A stretch of DNA of 63,266 nucleotides, filler included, from Octopus bimaculoides (GCF_001194135.2; 6 parts of 5 records of this genome joined end to end with filler, not necessarily neighbours in it); one strand, 5' to 3'. Shown: positions 13,011 through 25,689, counted from the first letter of the whole stretch. Made by a program: numbers and translations. The notes: a model not told the origin generated them from the letters alone.

Positions 13011-13309
13011 CCCATACACACATGCACATGTACATTTAAATATCTAACACCCACTGCCCACGCTAAGTGTATACTCACAGCATGTACCTGGTATATGTAT
13101 TTAACCAACAGGGAACCTTTACATAGTCAACCTGCAAGAAAGAGCAGCCAATTCCCCCTCCCCGCAAACAGTCTTACAAAGGCATGACACATTGAACAGT
13201 GTTGTCCGAGAAGTACAAATTTATGGGGATGATCACATATGGAACTTCTTTCATCATAAGTTTTCCCACGTAGGGTTCAACTGAGACACCATGCCCGGAG
13301 ACCTTATCT

Positions 13310-13315
13310 GTGTCT

Positions 13316-13348
<33 letters not shown>

Positions 13349-14200
13349 CTATTGTAATGGTAGTAGTAGTTATTGTTGTTGTAGTAGTGGTAATAGTTGT
13401 AATGGTTGTGGTAGTAGTTGCTGTCGTAGATGTAGCCGTAGTATTTACTGACAAAACAGGGAGAATGAGAGAGAAGAAGAAGGAGGAGAGTGCTTGGAAA
13501 GCTGGACAAGCAACAGTGCAGAGTGATAATGGAAGCGGCGGGGGCGGCGTGTGGAAAGTGAAACAAGGAGTNNNNNNNNNNNNNNNNNNNNNNNNNNNNN
13601 NNNNNNNNNNNNNNNNNNNNNNNNNNNNNNNNNNNNNNNNNNNNNNNNNNNNNNNNNNNNNNNNNNNNNNNNNNNNNNNNNNNNNNNNNNNNNNNNNNNN
13701 NNNNNNNNNNNNNNNNNNNNNNNNNNNNNNNNNNNNNNNNNNNNNNNNNNNNNNNNNNNNNNNNNNNNNNNNNNNNNNNNNNNNNNNNNNNNNNNNNNNN
13801 NNNNNNNNNNNNNNNNNNNNNNNNNNNNNGGGAGGGAGGGGTGAGATAGACGCAGACAGACAGGAAGGTGGAGGAGGGAGGAGGGGAGAACAGGAGGAGG
13901 AGGAATGCCAAAGAGAATGATGGAAGAAAAGGGGTCAAAAGGAGGAGGAGGTGTTGGCATTGAAGAGTAGTAGTAGTGGGAGGGGGGATAAACAATAAAT
14001 GTGAGATGAAGACTGATGGAAAGAAAGGAGGGGGAAAGAGGCAGACTGCTAAGATGATGATGATGATGATGGTGGTGATGGAGGAGGAGGAGGAGGAGGA
14101 GGAAAAAAAGAGAGAATGATGAAGGCAGGTGGAAGAGTTGAATGAAAGAAGGAAGAAATGAAGAATGTGGAAGAGGATTGGAGAAAAAGAAGAAGAGAAG
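13310..14200. repeat. Low-complexity tract ((GTA)n, purine-rich, (GAT)n/(GAG)n) with a gap
   Basis: Direct reading. Confidence 0.85.
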
Positions 14201-14269
14201 GAAAGTGTAGAGGTTTGTATGGAAGGTAAACATCACTGTGCATGAGATATGATAAATATACTGTATGTT

Positions 14270-14410
14270 GTGGCCATGCTGGGGCAGCACCTTGAAGAAT
14301 TTGGTTTAGTTGAACAAGTCGATTCCAGTACTTTAAGCCTGCCACTTATTCTATCGGTCACTTTTGCTGAACTGCTAGCTTATGGAGACGTAAACACACC
14401 AACACCAGTT
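14270..14410 (-). mobile_element. SINE family B, 3' half
   Basis: ggccatgctggggcagcacc...gacgtaaacacaccaacacc. Confidence 0.75.
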
Positions 14411-14514
14411 TTTGGTGTTGGTGTGAAGATATATAATACAAATAAAATATAAATATACAAGCATACATACATACATATATGTACATATTTATACATGTAT
14501 ATACACATGCATAA

Positions 14515-14840
14515 AATCATCGTTGTCGTTTAACGTCCGCTTTCCATGCTGGCATGGGTTTGAACAGTTCGACTGGGGACTGGGAAGCCAGGAGGCTCCA
14601 AACTGATTTGGCAAGGTTTCTGCAGTTGGATACCCTTCCTAATGCCAACCACTCCGAGAATGTAGTGACTGCTTTTTGTGCCACAAGCACAGATGCCAGT
14701 CAGGTGGCACTAGCATCGGCCCCACTCGAATGTTGTTCTTTACGTGCCACTGGCATAGGTGCCAGTCAGGCAGCAATGGCATCGGCCATGACTACAATTT
14801 CATTTGACTTAACACGTCTTCAAAAGCACACCATATCACC
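14515..14840 (-). mobile_element. RTE 3' UTR and tail segment
   Basis: tttaacgtccgctttccatgctggcatggg...ccttcctaatgccaaccactcc, shared with 9893-10290. Confidence 0.85.
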
Positions 14841-16455
14841 TCACTACCAGAACTAGAGAAGAGGTTTTAGGTGTGGAAGCAAGGTCTAGAATTGAAGGAC
14901 CTTAGAGTCAATCTAGCAAAAACCAAAGTCTTATTAAGTAGGAAGGCGGACAAATCACAAATCCCTTCAGGTAGATGGCCCTTCTCGATCTGCAGAAAAG
15001 GCATAGGTAGAAACTCTATAAGATATACCTGGTATAAGTTATGGACACATAAGAGGTGCAGCAATATCAAAGGGAGGCAAACTGGGAAGATAGTTTCTGT
15101 ATGTGGAAGATGCACAGGTACAATAAACACTGGAAATGTGCAGAAAACAGCTCCATCACATCCCAGGGGAAAAAAACTAGAAGTAGTCAATAGCTTCCGT
15201 TACCTAGGTGACCAAGTCAGTAGTGGGGGTGGATGTTCTGATAGCGTAGCTGCTAGAATAAGATTAGGCTGGGCAAAGTTCAGAGAGCTCCTACCTCTGT
15301 TGGTAACAAAGGGCCTCTCACTCAGAGTGAAAGGTAGACTGTATGACGCATGTGTGGGAACAGCCATGCTACATGGCAGTGAAACATGGGCCATAACTGC
15401 TGAAGACATGCATAGGCTTGAAAGAAATGAAGCNNNNNNNNNNNNNNNNNNNNNNNNNNNNNNNNNNNNNNNNNNNNNNNNNNNNNNNNNNNNNNNNNNN
15501 NNNNNNNNNNNNNNNNNNNNNNNNNNNNNNNNNNNNNNNNNNNNNNNNNNNNNNNNNNNNNNNNNNNNNNNNNNNNNNNNNNNNNNNNNNNNNNNNNNNN
15601 NNNNNNNNNNNNNNNNNNNNNNNNNNNNNNNNNNNNNNNNNNNNNNNNNNNNNNNNNNNNNNNNNNNNNNNNNNNNNNNNNNNNNNNNNNNNNNNNNNNN
15701 NNNNNNNNNNNNNNNNNNNNNNNNNNNNNNNNNNNNNNNNNNNNNNNNNNNNNNNNNNNNNNNNNNNNNNNNNNNNNNNNNNNNNNNNNNNNNNNNNNNN
15801 NNNNNNNNNNNNNNNNNNNNNNNNNNNNNNNNNNNNNNNNNNNNNNNNNNNNNNNNNNNNNNNNNNNNNNNNNNNNNNNNNNNNNNNNNNNNNNNNNNNN
15901 NNNNNNNNNNNNNNNNNNNNNNNNNNNNNNNNNNNNTTAGGCTGGGCAAAGTTCAGAGAGCTCCTACCTCTGTTGGTAACAAAGGGCCTCTCACTCAGAG
16001 TGAAAGGTAGACTGTATGACGCATGTGTGGGAACAGCCATGCTACATGGCAGTGAAACATGGGCCATAACTGCTGAAGACATGCATAGGCTTGAAAGAAA
16101 TGAAGCTTGTATGCTCTGCTGGATGTGTAATGTCAGTGTGCATACATGACAGAGCGTAAGCGTCCTGAGAGAAAAGTTGGACATAAGCATCAGATGTGGT
16201 GTGCAAGAGAGATGACTTCACTGGAATGGTTATGTGATGCATATGGATGAGGACAGCTGTGTGAAGAAGTGTCACACCCTAACAGTGGAGAAAACTTGTG
16301 GAAGATGTAGACCCAGGAAGACATGAGGTGATGAAGCACGACCTTCAAACGTTGGGCTTCACAAAGGCATTGACAAGTGACTGAGACCTTTGGAGATATG
16401 TCATGTTTGGTCAATGCCAGTGTTGCATAACTGGCCTGTTTAAAAGCACCTTCAA
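14841..16455 (+). mobile_element. RTE segment (end of RT to start of 3' UTR), containing a gap and an assembly duplication
   Basis: WKQGLE..LRVNLAKTKVL, FRYLG, ARIRLGWAKFREL, GRLYDACV..AMLHGSETW and RLERNE. Confidence 0.92.
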
Positions 16456-16468
16456 TATATATATATAT

Positions 16469-16700
16469 ATTGGCACCTGTGCTGGTGGAACGTAAACGCA
16501 CCCTAGTGTTACACAAATGGCACCCATTACATACTCAGAATGGTTGGCATTAGGAAGGGCATCCAGCCATAGAAACCATGCCAAATCAGACTGGAGTCTG
16601 GTGCAGCCCCTCAGCTTGCCAGCCCTAGTCAAACCATCCAACATGGACACCGGCAGCATGGACAACGAACGTAAAATGATGATGATGAATGATAATGATG
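16469..16700 (+). mobile_element. RTE-tail element ending in (GAT)n
   Basis: tggcacctgtgctggtgg...ggttggcattaggaagggcatccagc...aaaatgatgatgatg. Confidence 0.8.
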
Positions 16701-16799
16701 ATATATATACATATATATATATCAAGGGTATGAAATTTATTGGTGTCAGGAAGACCCAAAAGGTATCAGGTAGACACTAAATAAGTGCTATGGATAGAC

Positions 16800-16960
16800 C
16801 ATGGTTAAGCTCCACTCTGATGAGTGGTCGGTGTTAGGAAAGGCATCCAGCTGTAAAAATCCTGCCAAAACAGTCACAGAAATTTGGTGCAAGCTCCAGC
16901 CTGGCAGGCTCTTGTGGTACCATCCCACCCATGCTAGCATGGAACACAGATGATGATATG
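16800..16960 (+). mobile_element. RTE-tail element, second copy
   Basis: gtcggtgttaggaaaggcatccagctgt...catgctagcatggaac...gatgatgat. Confidence 0.7.
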
Positions 16961-18498
16961 TAAGAAATTAAAAAGTCAAGAGAATAAGAAACGTGAACTT
17001 CATTAGCTTACAGCTGTTTCTGCTGTAAGATGGAACGCACTCAGAGTTGATTGCTTGGGTATCATCCTGCACTGAAAGTAGGATAAATATACTATACTGA
17101 CTCAAACAATGAATATATAGTAAATAAAACCGATGAGCTTAAACTGAAAGCTCAACAAATAAGCTGTATAGAATTTGATTGAACCTTAATAAAACTAGAC
17201 AATGGTGGATGAGAGAGGATAGGGTCCATTGATCAACTGGACCCTAGTTGATCAATTAGGTGGAGCTGTACTAATGGCCTTGAATTGATTAACCCTACTA
17301 ATGGTGAGTTACACAGGTAGACTGTAGAGGAGGGCCACAAGCGTGGACTATAGAGGCATTGTAGATTGTTTATTCTGTGGAAATTCTCAACTTATTGGGC
17401 TTTAGAGGGGCAACAAGGAAACATTTTATTCAGTTTGTGATCAAATCTACATCGGAAGCTATTGGTTTAGGATTAAGAAGCATGGTTTATGGACAGTGGC
17501 TGCAAGTCAGTGCTGGGTAAACCTTAGCTGCTGACCCCCCCCCACTCCTCCAGGTAACATCCCTGATGTTATGTTCCAGATCATTCAGGAGAGGGATCTC
17601 ACACCCACACACTCACGCACCCACACACCATGTCTAAATTTGCAAACTTGAGGAAGAAGTGCTCTCTATGGAAATACTCCATACAATGGTACTCTATAGC
17701 GAAGTACTCTGCAAGGAAGTACTCGATGTAGACAAAGAATGTTATTATTTGATATGGTGCTGAGATTACTTTCCACTGGTGATGTCTGGAAGTCTCTGCA
17801 ACATAAACGGTTGTATGATGAAGATGGTTTACAAGGACGATGTCACAGCATGAGGGTGATGGTTTACAAGGACGATGTCACAGCATGATGGTGATGGTGG
17901 GGCATTTAAAATAAAATAAAGAAAATATTTTTTTAAATGAAAGTAAAAAAGAAAAGAAAGAGTAATATAATTAAGTGAATAATAAAGCAACTACAACATA
18001 CATATAGCTGCATATATTATATAGATATATATATATATATACAGTTGTGTATATTATGTGTGTGCATATATGTATACACACACACACACACACACACACG
18101 TACACATGTACATACTGGAGTATTCAAATGTACAAATACATAAGCATACGCACACACACGTGTGTATGCTCACATAGTGCGTGCATGTATCCATGCAACC
18201 ATCCACCTACTTGCCTATCCACATACATAAACTTCCACAAAGGCAGTGACATTGACTGCATGTGTATAGCCATCCACCTAACCAGCCAACCAATCACTGT
18301 CAGCTGTCAGTCTGTCTGTCTGCCTGCCCACCCCTTTATCTAGCTTTTCATCTGCCTAAGTATCTATACATACATAGAAAGAAAGAAAACAGCTACTCCA
18401 TTGGTTATGACGACAAGCGTTCCAGTTGATCCAATCAATGAAACAGCCCGCTTGTGAAATCAACATGCAAGTGGTAGAGCATGCCACAGACACATACA

Positions 18499-18550
<52 letters not shown>

Positions 18551-19493
18551 NNNNNNNNNNNNNNNNNNNNNNNNNNNNNNNNNNNNNNNNNNNNNNNNNN
18601 NNNNNNNNNNNNNNNNNNNNNNNNNNNNNNNNNNNNNNNNNNNNNNNNNNNNNNNNNNNNNNNNNNNNNNNNNNNNNNNNNNNNNNNNNNNNNNNNNNNN
18701 NNNNNNNNNNNNNNNNNNNNNNNNNNNNNNNNNNNNNNNNNNNNNNNNNNNNNNNNNNNNNNNNNNNNNNNNNNNNNNNNNNNNNNNNNNNNNNNNNNNN
18801 NNNNNNNNNNNNNNNNNNNNNNNNNNNNNNNNNNNNNNNNNNNNNNNNNNNNNNNNNNNNNNNNNNNNNNNNNNNNNNNNNNNNNNNNNNNNNNNNNNNN
18901 NNNNNNNNNNNNNNNNNNNNNNNNNNNNNNNNNNNNNNNNNNNNNNNNNNNNNNNNNNNNNNNNNNNNNNNNNNNNNNNNNNNNNNNNNNNNNNNNNNNN
19001 NNNNNNNNNNNNNNNNNNNNNNNNNNNNNNNNNNNNNNNNNNNNNNNNNNNNNNNNNNNNNNNNNNNNNNNNNNNNNNNNNNNNNNNNNNNNNNNNNNNN
19101 NNNNNNNNNNNNNNNNNNNNNNNNNNNNNNNNNNNNNNNNNNNNNNNNNNNNNNNNNNNNNNNNNNNNNNNNNNNNNNNNNNNNNNNNNNNNNNNNNNNN
19201 NNNNNNNNNNNNNNNNNNNNNNNNNNNNNNNNNNNNNNNNNNNNNNNNNNNNNNNNNNNNNNNNNNNNNNNNNNNNNNNNNNNNNNNNNNNNNNNNNNNN
19301 NNNNNNNNNNNNNNNNNNNNNNNNNNNNNNNNNNNNNNNNNNNNNNNNNNNNNNNNNNNNNNNNNNNNNNNNNNNNNNNNNNNNNNNNNNNNNNNNNNNN
19401 NNNNNNNNNNNNNNNNNNNNNNNNNNNNNNNNNNNNNNNNNNNNNNNNNNNNNNNNNNNNNNNNNNNNNNNNNNNNNNNNNNNNNNNNNNNNN

Positions 19494-20470
19494 AACCACT
19501 CCAAGTTGAAAATGCCGATTCATGGCAGCAAACAAATAAAATACTATTTCGAACTTCATGCACTAAAATTCTTAAATAATACAGTTCTTCTGTCTTTGGT
19601 GTGAAAAACATAAACACAACCAAGTGTTTCTTCTTTGAAAATGTTCAAATGGCCTTCAATTTTTTTTCCTCGCTTTCTTCTTTGCCATTCTTTGTTCCGA
19701 CTATTCCAAGTGGAATACATGAGTTCTTCAGCATAAATGTTTTTGCAAAGTCATCATTGATGCACAAAGAAAAGAATTCTGTCAGTGTTGTTTTCATATG
19801 TCGCCATATTTATCCTCATTATTTCTGAGCAATATTCTTTGTTCACCTGGTAGATGAACTTGCAGTCTCACTATTACAGGTGTTCTTTCATGAATTGAAA
19901 ATCCTAAAATAGATGCGACTGCTTCAGATGGTCCAATATACCAACCCATTAAATACTGACTAATTTCGTTATCATTGTTTATTTGAACAGCAGCTTGGTC
20001 ATTTCCTTTCAACGTGTACTAGATCAGGGGTTTTCAAACTGTGGTCCGCGGACCACAGGGGTCTGCAAGGACAAGACAGGGGGTCCGTAGGCAGCAAATC
20101 CTTTTTATGGGCAATTTGATTTTATATATGTTTTTTATCGAAATCTTTTAATTGACAATAAACCTATTTGTTAAATACTGTTAAATAAATAAATGCAAAA
20201 ATGTATATGGTATTTTAAGCAAATATTTATGTATAAATTTCATAAGCGTTTATAAGGGGGTCCCTAAGGTAAAGCCTGAAATATAAAGGGGTCCGCAAAT
20301 CAAAAAGTTTGAAAACTCCTGTACTAGATGACATACTTAATTTGCCTCATTGATGTAATGATTTCAACATTGCAGTGGCATTTGAATGCTCTTAAAAGAG
20401 TTTCATTATAAGGTACAACTCATTTGTTGTTGTTTGTTTTTCTATTCTTATGAGATTCAACTCTTCCCAT
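19494..20470 (-). mobile_element. Helitron Rep-domain fragment, interrupted by a hAT MITE
   Basis: Minus strand reads NK*VVPYNETLLRAFKCHCNVEII...KYVI*YTLKGNDQA...YIGPSEA...FSIHERTPVIVRLQVHLPGEQ...LTEFF.LC..DDFAK...ELYYLRILV. Confidence 0.85.
20025..20321. mobile_element. hAT (Charlie-like) MITE, 297 bp
   Basis: TIR CAGGGGTTTTCAAACT / AGTTTGAAAACTCCTG (15/16 match); 8-bp TSD TACTAGAT at 20017-20024 and 20322-20329. Confidence 0.93.
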
Positions 20471-20868
20471 TGCAACTGATCTTCATCTATAAAGAGATAG
20501 TCTCTCTGCTTTTCTGCCATTTGATTAAGACGATAAAGATTAATATTTTATATTAAATAAAATTGTAATTTTCCCCTTTAAGAAAAAAAAATCAAGTACA
20601 CAGGATTCAAAAAACATCTCATAAAAATAGGGAGAATTTCTCTTTTAGTCCATGGCACTCAGCACTCGAAAGTTGTGTAAATGATTAAGAGAAGAAAAAA
20701 GAAAGTAAGAAAAACAGGACAGACAGCGATAGTTCCAATGACTCTTTGAAGTGTTGACATTTTCAACTTAATTTTTTTTTTTCTTAAAGGGGGAACTGAC
20801 TATTTTATTTGTAATCTCTATCATCTTAATCAAACGACAGGAAAACAGGCAAACTGAGTTTTAGTATA

Positions 20869-20902
<34 letters not shown>

Positions 20903-20937
20903 ATGTGTGTGTGTGTATCTATCTATACATATGTGTA

Positions 20938-21717
20938 TTAGGGTGTTTGGAAAGTAATTGTATTTTACCAGAAAGGCTATAAAAACGAATGTAAACTATA
21001 TTTATTTGAATAGTTTTAATCAAGAATATAATCACCATTGTTTTCAATGACTGCAGCCCAAAGGGAAAGTAACTTTTTTTTAAGCTACTTTCAAAGAAAC
21101 TTATTTCTTTTCCTGAAAAACTATTTTAACTTCTTTGTTTCTGAATGTTTTGCCCCTTATAAAATGTTCTAGTGATTGGAACAGATGGAAATCCGCAGGT
21201 GCTAAGTCAGGTGAGTATTGAGGATGTGGAAGGGCTTCCCATCTTAATGATCTCATTTTTTCTTGAGCTTCTTTTGAAGAGTGTGGCTGGGCATCGAATA
21301 ACACCTTTTCTGTTTACCAAAGTTGGCCACTTTCAACATAATTTATCTTTTATATGATCAAGTTATTGGCAACAGACATCTGCATTGATGGTCCTTTCAT
21401 GTTCCAGTAGCCTTAAAACTGACAATATCTTTATGTTCCACCAAACATAGTGCAAGGGATTTTGTGGATGGAATTCTGGTTTCAGTGTTGACACTGGCTT
21501 CTCATTATGTGATAATCATTGTCTTTTTTGTTTTCTGTTGTGATTGATGCAAAACCCGTTTTTCATCACCTGTAACAATGATCTGCTGAAATAACAGGTT
21601 GTTATTTCTGGTTAGAAGAGTGCTGCAGATGGTGGAATGTTGTGTTCGGTTCTCAAGTATAAACTCATGTGGAAACCAAATACACTTCGCAAATGTTTTG
21701 CATTGCTTCTGTAGTGG
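20938..21717 (-). mobile_element. mariner (DD34D) transposon, 3' two-thirds, degenerate
   Basis: TA|TTAGGGTGTTTGGAAAGTAATTG terminus resembles the Hsmar1-type TIR. Motifs WFPHE, IVTGDEK, LFDAQPH and HPQYSPDLAPADFHLF. Confidence 0.88.
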
Positions 21718-21925
21718 CACCCAAACACTCTGAAATGTTTGTATTGGAGCTTCTGGCATGAATACCAAGCAGTACAGCATGTTATTTCCAAATTTCTGGC
21801 AAAGTGAATGGTGCTGTTTTTCTCTAAGATGACCCTACTATACAGTTTAGTTGACAAAAATCAAAAACAAATGATGCACATGCGCAAAATTAAAATTATA
21901 AAATGATGACAATTTACCCATCGCC
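21718..21925 (-). mobile_element. 5' terminal fragment of a maT-like transposon fused to the mariner relic
   Basis: Colinear with 39477-39705 (caaacactctgaaatg...ccaaatttctggca...gacaatttacccatcgc). Encodes WK*HAVLLGIHARSSNTNISECLG. Confidence 0.8.
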
Positions 21926-21927
21926 AT

Positions 21928-22094
21928 ATCATCATCATCATCATCATCATCATCATTTAACGTCCGCTTTCCATGCTAGCATGGGTTGGACGATTTGACT
22001 GAGGACTGGTGAAACCGGATGGCAACACCAGGCTCCAGTCTAATTTGGCAGAGTTTCTACAGCTGGATGCCCTTCCTAACGCCAACCACTCAGA

Positions 22095-22098
<4 letters not shown>
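21928..22098 (-). mobile_element. RTE-tail element, near-consensus copy
   Basis: (CAT)n-ttaacgtccgctttccatgctagcatgggttggacg...ccttcctaacgccaaccactc. Confidence 0.85.
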
Positions 22099-22126
<28 letters not shown>

Positions 22127-22226
22127 NNNNNNNNNNNNNNNNNNNNNNNNNNNNNNNNNNNNNNNNNNNNTTAATTAATTAANNNNNNNNNNNNNNNNNN
22201 NNNNNNNNNNNNNNNNNNNNNNNNNN
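22127..22226. other. Artificial scaffold join 44N-TTAATTAATTAA-44N (also around 35222, 49872, 56806 and 61494)
   Basis: The identical 12-mer, which has stops in all six frames, sits centred in 100-bp gaps five times. Confidence 0.92.
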
Positions 22227-22257
<31 letters not shown>

Positions 22258-23216
22258 CATATATATATATCTACATACATATACATAAATATATAGGGAT
22301 TAGCAGTAACCTGCTTCTCCAACATACTGAGAATTCAGAAACACCATCCAAAGAACTACTGGCTTTACCGAAAAGGTTTTTTCATACTGAGCTACCCGGC
22401 AAAATTGTTAATTATTAATTTTATTACTAATTGACGATTCCCTGCCCTGTATATCTACATATACATACATATATGTTCAGCATCGACAGGATATTTTATA
22501 ATCTATAAAGAAAATAGACTTGACTTTTTAAGGTAGGTCAGCCATAAATTCAAATATGACATTCTACACAGAAAATGATTTTGTGTTCTATAAATCGACA
22601 AGGACATTGAAAAGGGTCAAAATCTGCATGTAGAAAACCCAAAACTAGAAAATAAGAAAACAAGATTTCTAAAATGAAAATAATATACATGAAACCTACT
22701 ATATATTCTGATAAATATTAGATAATTTCAAAATCATTATTGAAAGAAGCCTGCAAGTAAGTATATTCAATAATGAACCATTACCACAATTTCAATTCGA
22801 AAAGAATTAGAATTGGATGGTTTCCTAGTTACTTATAATATCTAGTGGCAGGCTAATAGATATTTTTATTGGCTACAATAAATGTAATAAAGCCTTAGAA
22901 AAGTAACCTAACAATAGCCTGCAGGCATATATCCATCATTGCCAGCTCTGACGACACATAATTAACGTCATTATATTGAAAATCTTCTTGATCAATGCAA
23001 ATTTTTCTCAATAATAACCAAGTCATATTTGTCGATAATAATAGGCCTAAATATACAAAAATGTTATTGCCAGCAGTAAAATATATTTAAATACAAAAAT
23101 TGCTTGAATACCTAATGGACTCATAGTTTCAATAACTTACCCTGTATTCACACAGTCATACATACGACCTTACTTAAAAACGCACACATACTCAAACACG
23201 CGCATATCTACCTCTA

Positions 23217-23280
<64 letters not shown>

Positions 23281-24469
23281 TTTTCAAAACTATATCTTCA
23301 TCTCTTGATTTTATGAAAGAATATTGTAGAATAGGACTATCCATATCTATTGCAGTTTTACTCGTAGTCATGAGACAAATGCAGAACGGAAAGGCTCAGT
23401 GTTGCTGTGTCATTGTTCTTTATGTTATGCAATTGTCAAGGACAATCCTGCCTGCATTCTACAAAGAGGAGAGAATGTTGAATACTGTGGCACCAGGAAC
23501 GTTTCAGATGGTTAATGTGACAGTAATGATGGGCCCTCAAGAGAAAAACAAAATCTTTTGTTAAGTGCCCCACTGTCACGATCCCCAATGGTTACGGTGC
23601 CATTGAATACTATCTTGTACAGACAATGATCCTGCCTCGTAAGATCATGGCCTGCCAAGTCTAAATATATTTCTAACGGCATGATGTTTCTCTTCAGGTT
23701 TTGGAGAAATTCGTTGTTTCAACGTTTTGAACGAGATCATCTTATTTCTGTGTATGTTGAGCGTGTTTCGTAGGGAGCCCTATTCATATAAAATACGCAT
23801 TCATAATAGTGAATTCATAATAGTGTTCTCATTAATAACTCAATCATCTTCGCTTTAAACGTTTCTGTTTTTAATTTCTTTAGTCATATATCCATGCAGG
23901 TCGACGTATTTGTATTTGTGTGAATTTGACTGTGCATGTATGAGTGTATTTTCTTTTAAATATGTGAACATATGTGCGATGGGGCTTTTGCCGTTTTGTG
24001 ACTTTGATATATCTCAGGTTTTTATGAAATATACTGTTGTGAAGATGCCATTATTCTAAGCGATAAGTATATCGTAACTGAATTGAAATTGTCTGGGGAA
24101 AAAATTGAAATGATTATAACCTTCAACAAGTTGTTTATACAATCAAGGCACTCTCAATCTGTCTCAACAATGAAAACAGGCAAGGACACCCAGCCTATGT
24201 AGAATGAAATTAAACAATCGTATTTAAAACTAAACTTGAAACTTCCCTTTGCTCTTGCGTTATAGCTGATTGCGACAATATGGCAGGCACTATATTTTTC
24301 GATGTTTTTCGTTTTCTTCCAACTACAATTTTTTTCTGAAAATTTTCAAAAAATGTATTTTTGATATATTTCTGCATTCTGATGACAGGTGTCGCATTTA
24401 TTATTTCGCAAAAATTTTAATAGAGAAGTTAGAAGGATTTAAATTTACGTATTGTTAGCTAATGGATTA

Positions 24470-24695
24470 GCGGAAGTCGAAACTGTTTGGTATAGCAACT
24501 CCGGTGCATCATTGTTTACTCATACTGTTGTGGTGTTACACTGACAACTACTAGGTTTTGTAAGGATGATTTAGTTGACTATAAAATTTGTGTACGGGAG
24601 ATCTGAGCGGAAAGTTTCATTTTCAAAACTTTTGTATATGGTTCCGTGAATACAGCGATGCACTGGAGTTGCCAAACACTGGAGTTTCGCTTGTG
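24470..24695. mobile_element. Putative old MITE with inverted termini
   Basis: GCAACTCCGGTGCATC (24495-24510) and GATGCACTGGAGTTGC (24657-24672), 15/16 match, with degenerate outward extension. No TSD found. Confidence 0.5.
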
Positions 24696-25689
24696 AAGCT
24701 GGACTTATTTCATTGGCTAAAATTGTATAACTTTAATTGCCTCTAACTTCTTTACTATTCATTTTCTCACAAAATTGAATGCGATATTCGTCATCAGCAT
24801 GCGAATTTACATGTGTGTGGAAAATTTGAAAACTATCAACTGAGAATTGAAAAATATTCAAGTAGTTAGAAGAAAACGAAAAAGAACCATATTTGTTTCC
24901 AGTTTTTAATCTCTGATAACCTGTTTTATGTTGTTCTAACTCAAGAGTGTCATTATGCTAATAAGAGACACAGGCATTGGTACAGTTTCACTTCCTTAGT
25001 ATTATTTGCCAACTCGTTAAGTATTTGACAAATAGGTTAATAGTCTACTTGAATAATTTTTCGGATATTTAATCTATCAATGAGCTATGTTCGCCAGATC
25101 TATTTCATTGCCATTTCGCGAAAGGCATTTGCTAAACCATAATTTATCATAAAGAGTCCCCCGCTCACTCGAACTGCAACAAAATTTATTTCAGCACACT
25201 ATTTCGCATAAAGAATCTTGCAAAGCAAATGCAAAACCAAAAGATGTTTTATTTTACCTGGCATAATATATGAATATCGCAGTATGAAAACTCTATATTT
25301 CAATTAGTACACAACAACCAAAGACGTATAACTTTATTTAAAAAGAAAAAAAAAACGCTCTATACTTATCTCAGACTATCTGTTGATATCGATTGTGGAC
25401 CTCAGTAGATTTAGTTTCGAGAAGTACTATCAAGAGTCTCCGCTCCCATCTAGAGTATTTTATCACAAGCTACTGTTATCCCATTGTAGCTATCTGTGTT
25501 AAATCTCCTCAAGTTGTGTTTACCCATATTCTTGCATCTAAATCTTTATCTTCAACCTATGTTTCCTTGCAATGCAGTGCTCTAAACAGCAGACTTTTCA
25601 GGGCACGTACATTTACTTTTGGATGTTAATGTGCCTGACCATGTTACCATGATTAGGATTAGTTGGATTTCAAAATTCTTGACAACCCC

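Noticed and set aside
15264-16106. 170-bp tandem duplication in the RTE (15264-15433 and 15937-16106)
   Set aside because: Identical copies on either side of a gap; a contig-overlap artefact.
22171-22182. TTAATTAATTAA as a recurring homeodomain-binding motif
   Set aside because: Always centred in exactly 44N+44N, so it is a scaffolding linker.
23220-23564. 114-aa ORF with a hydrophobic stretch
   Set aside because: Starts in (TG)/(GA) repeats, has no recognisable domain and no convincing splice signals.
24270-24410. Short inverted ends (TGCGACA/TGTCGCA) as a MITE
   Set aside because: Only 7 bp and no TSD.
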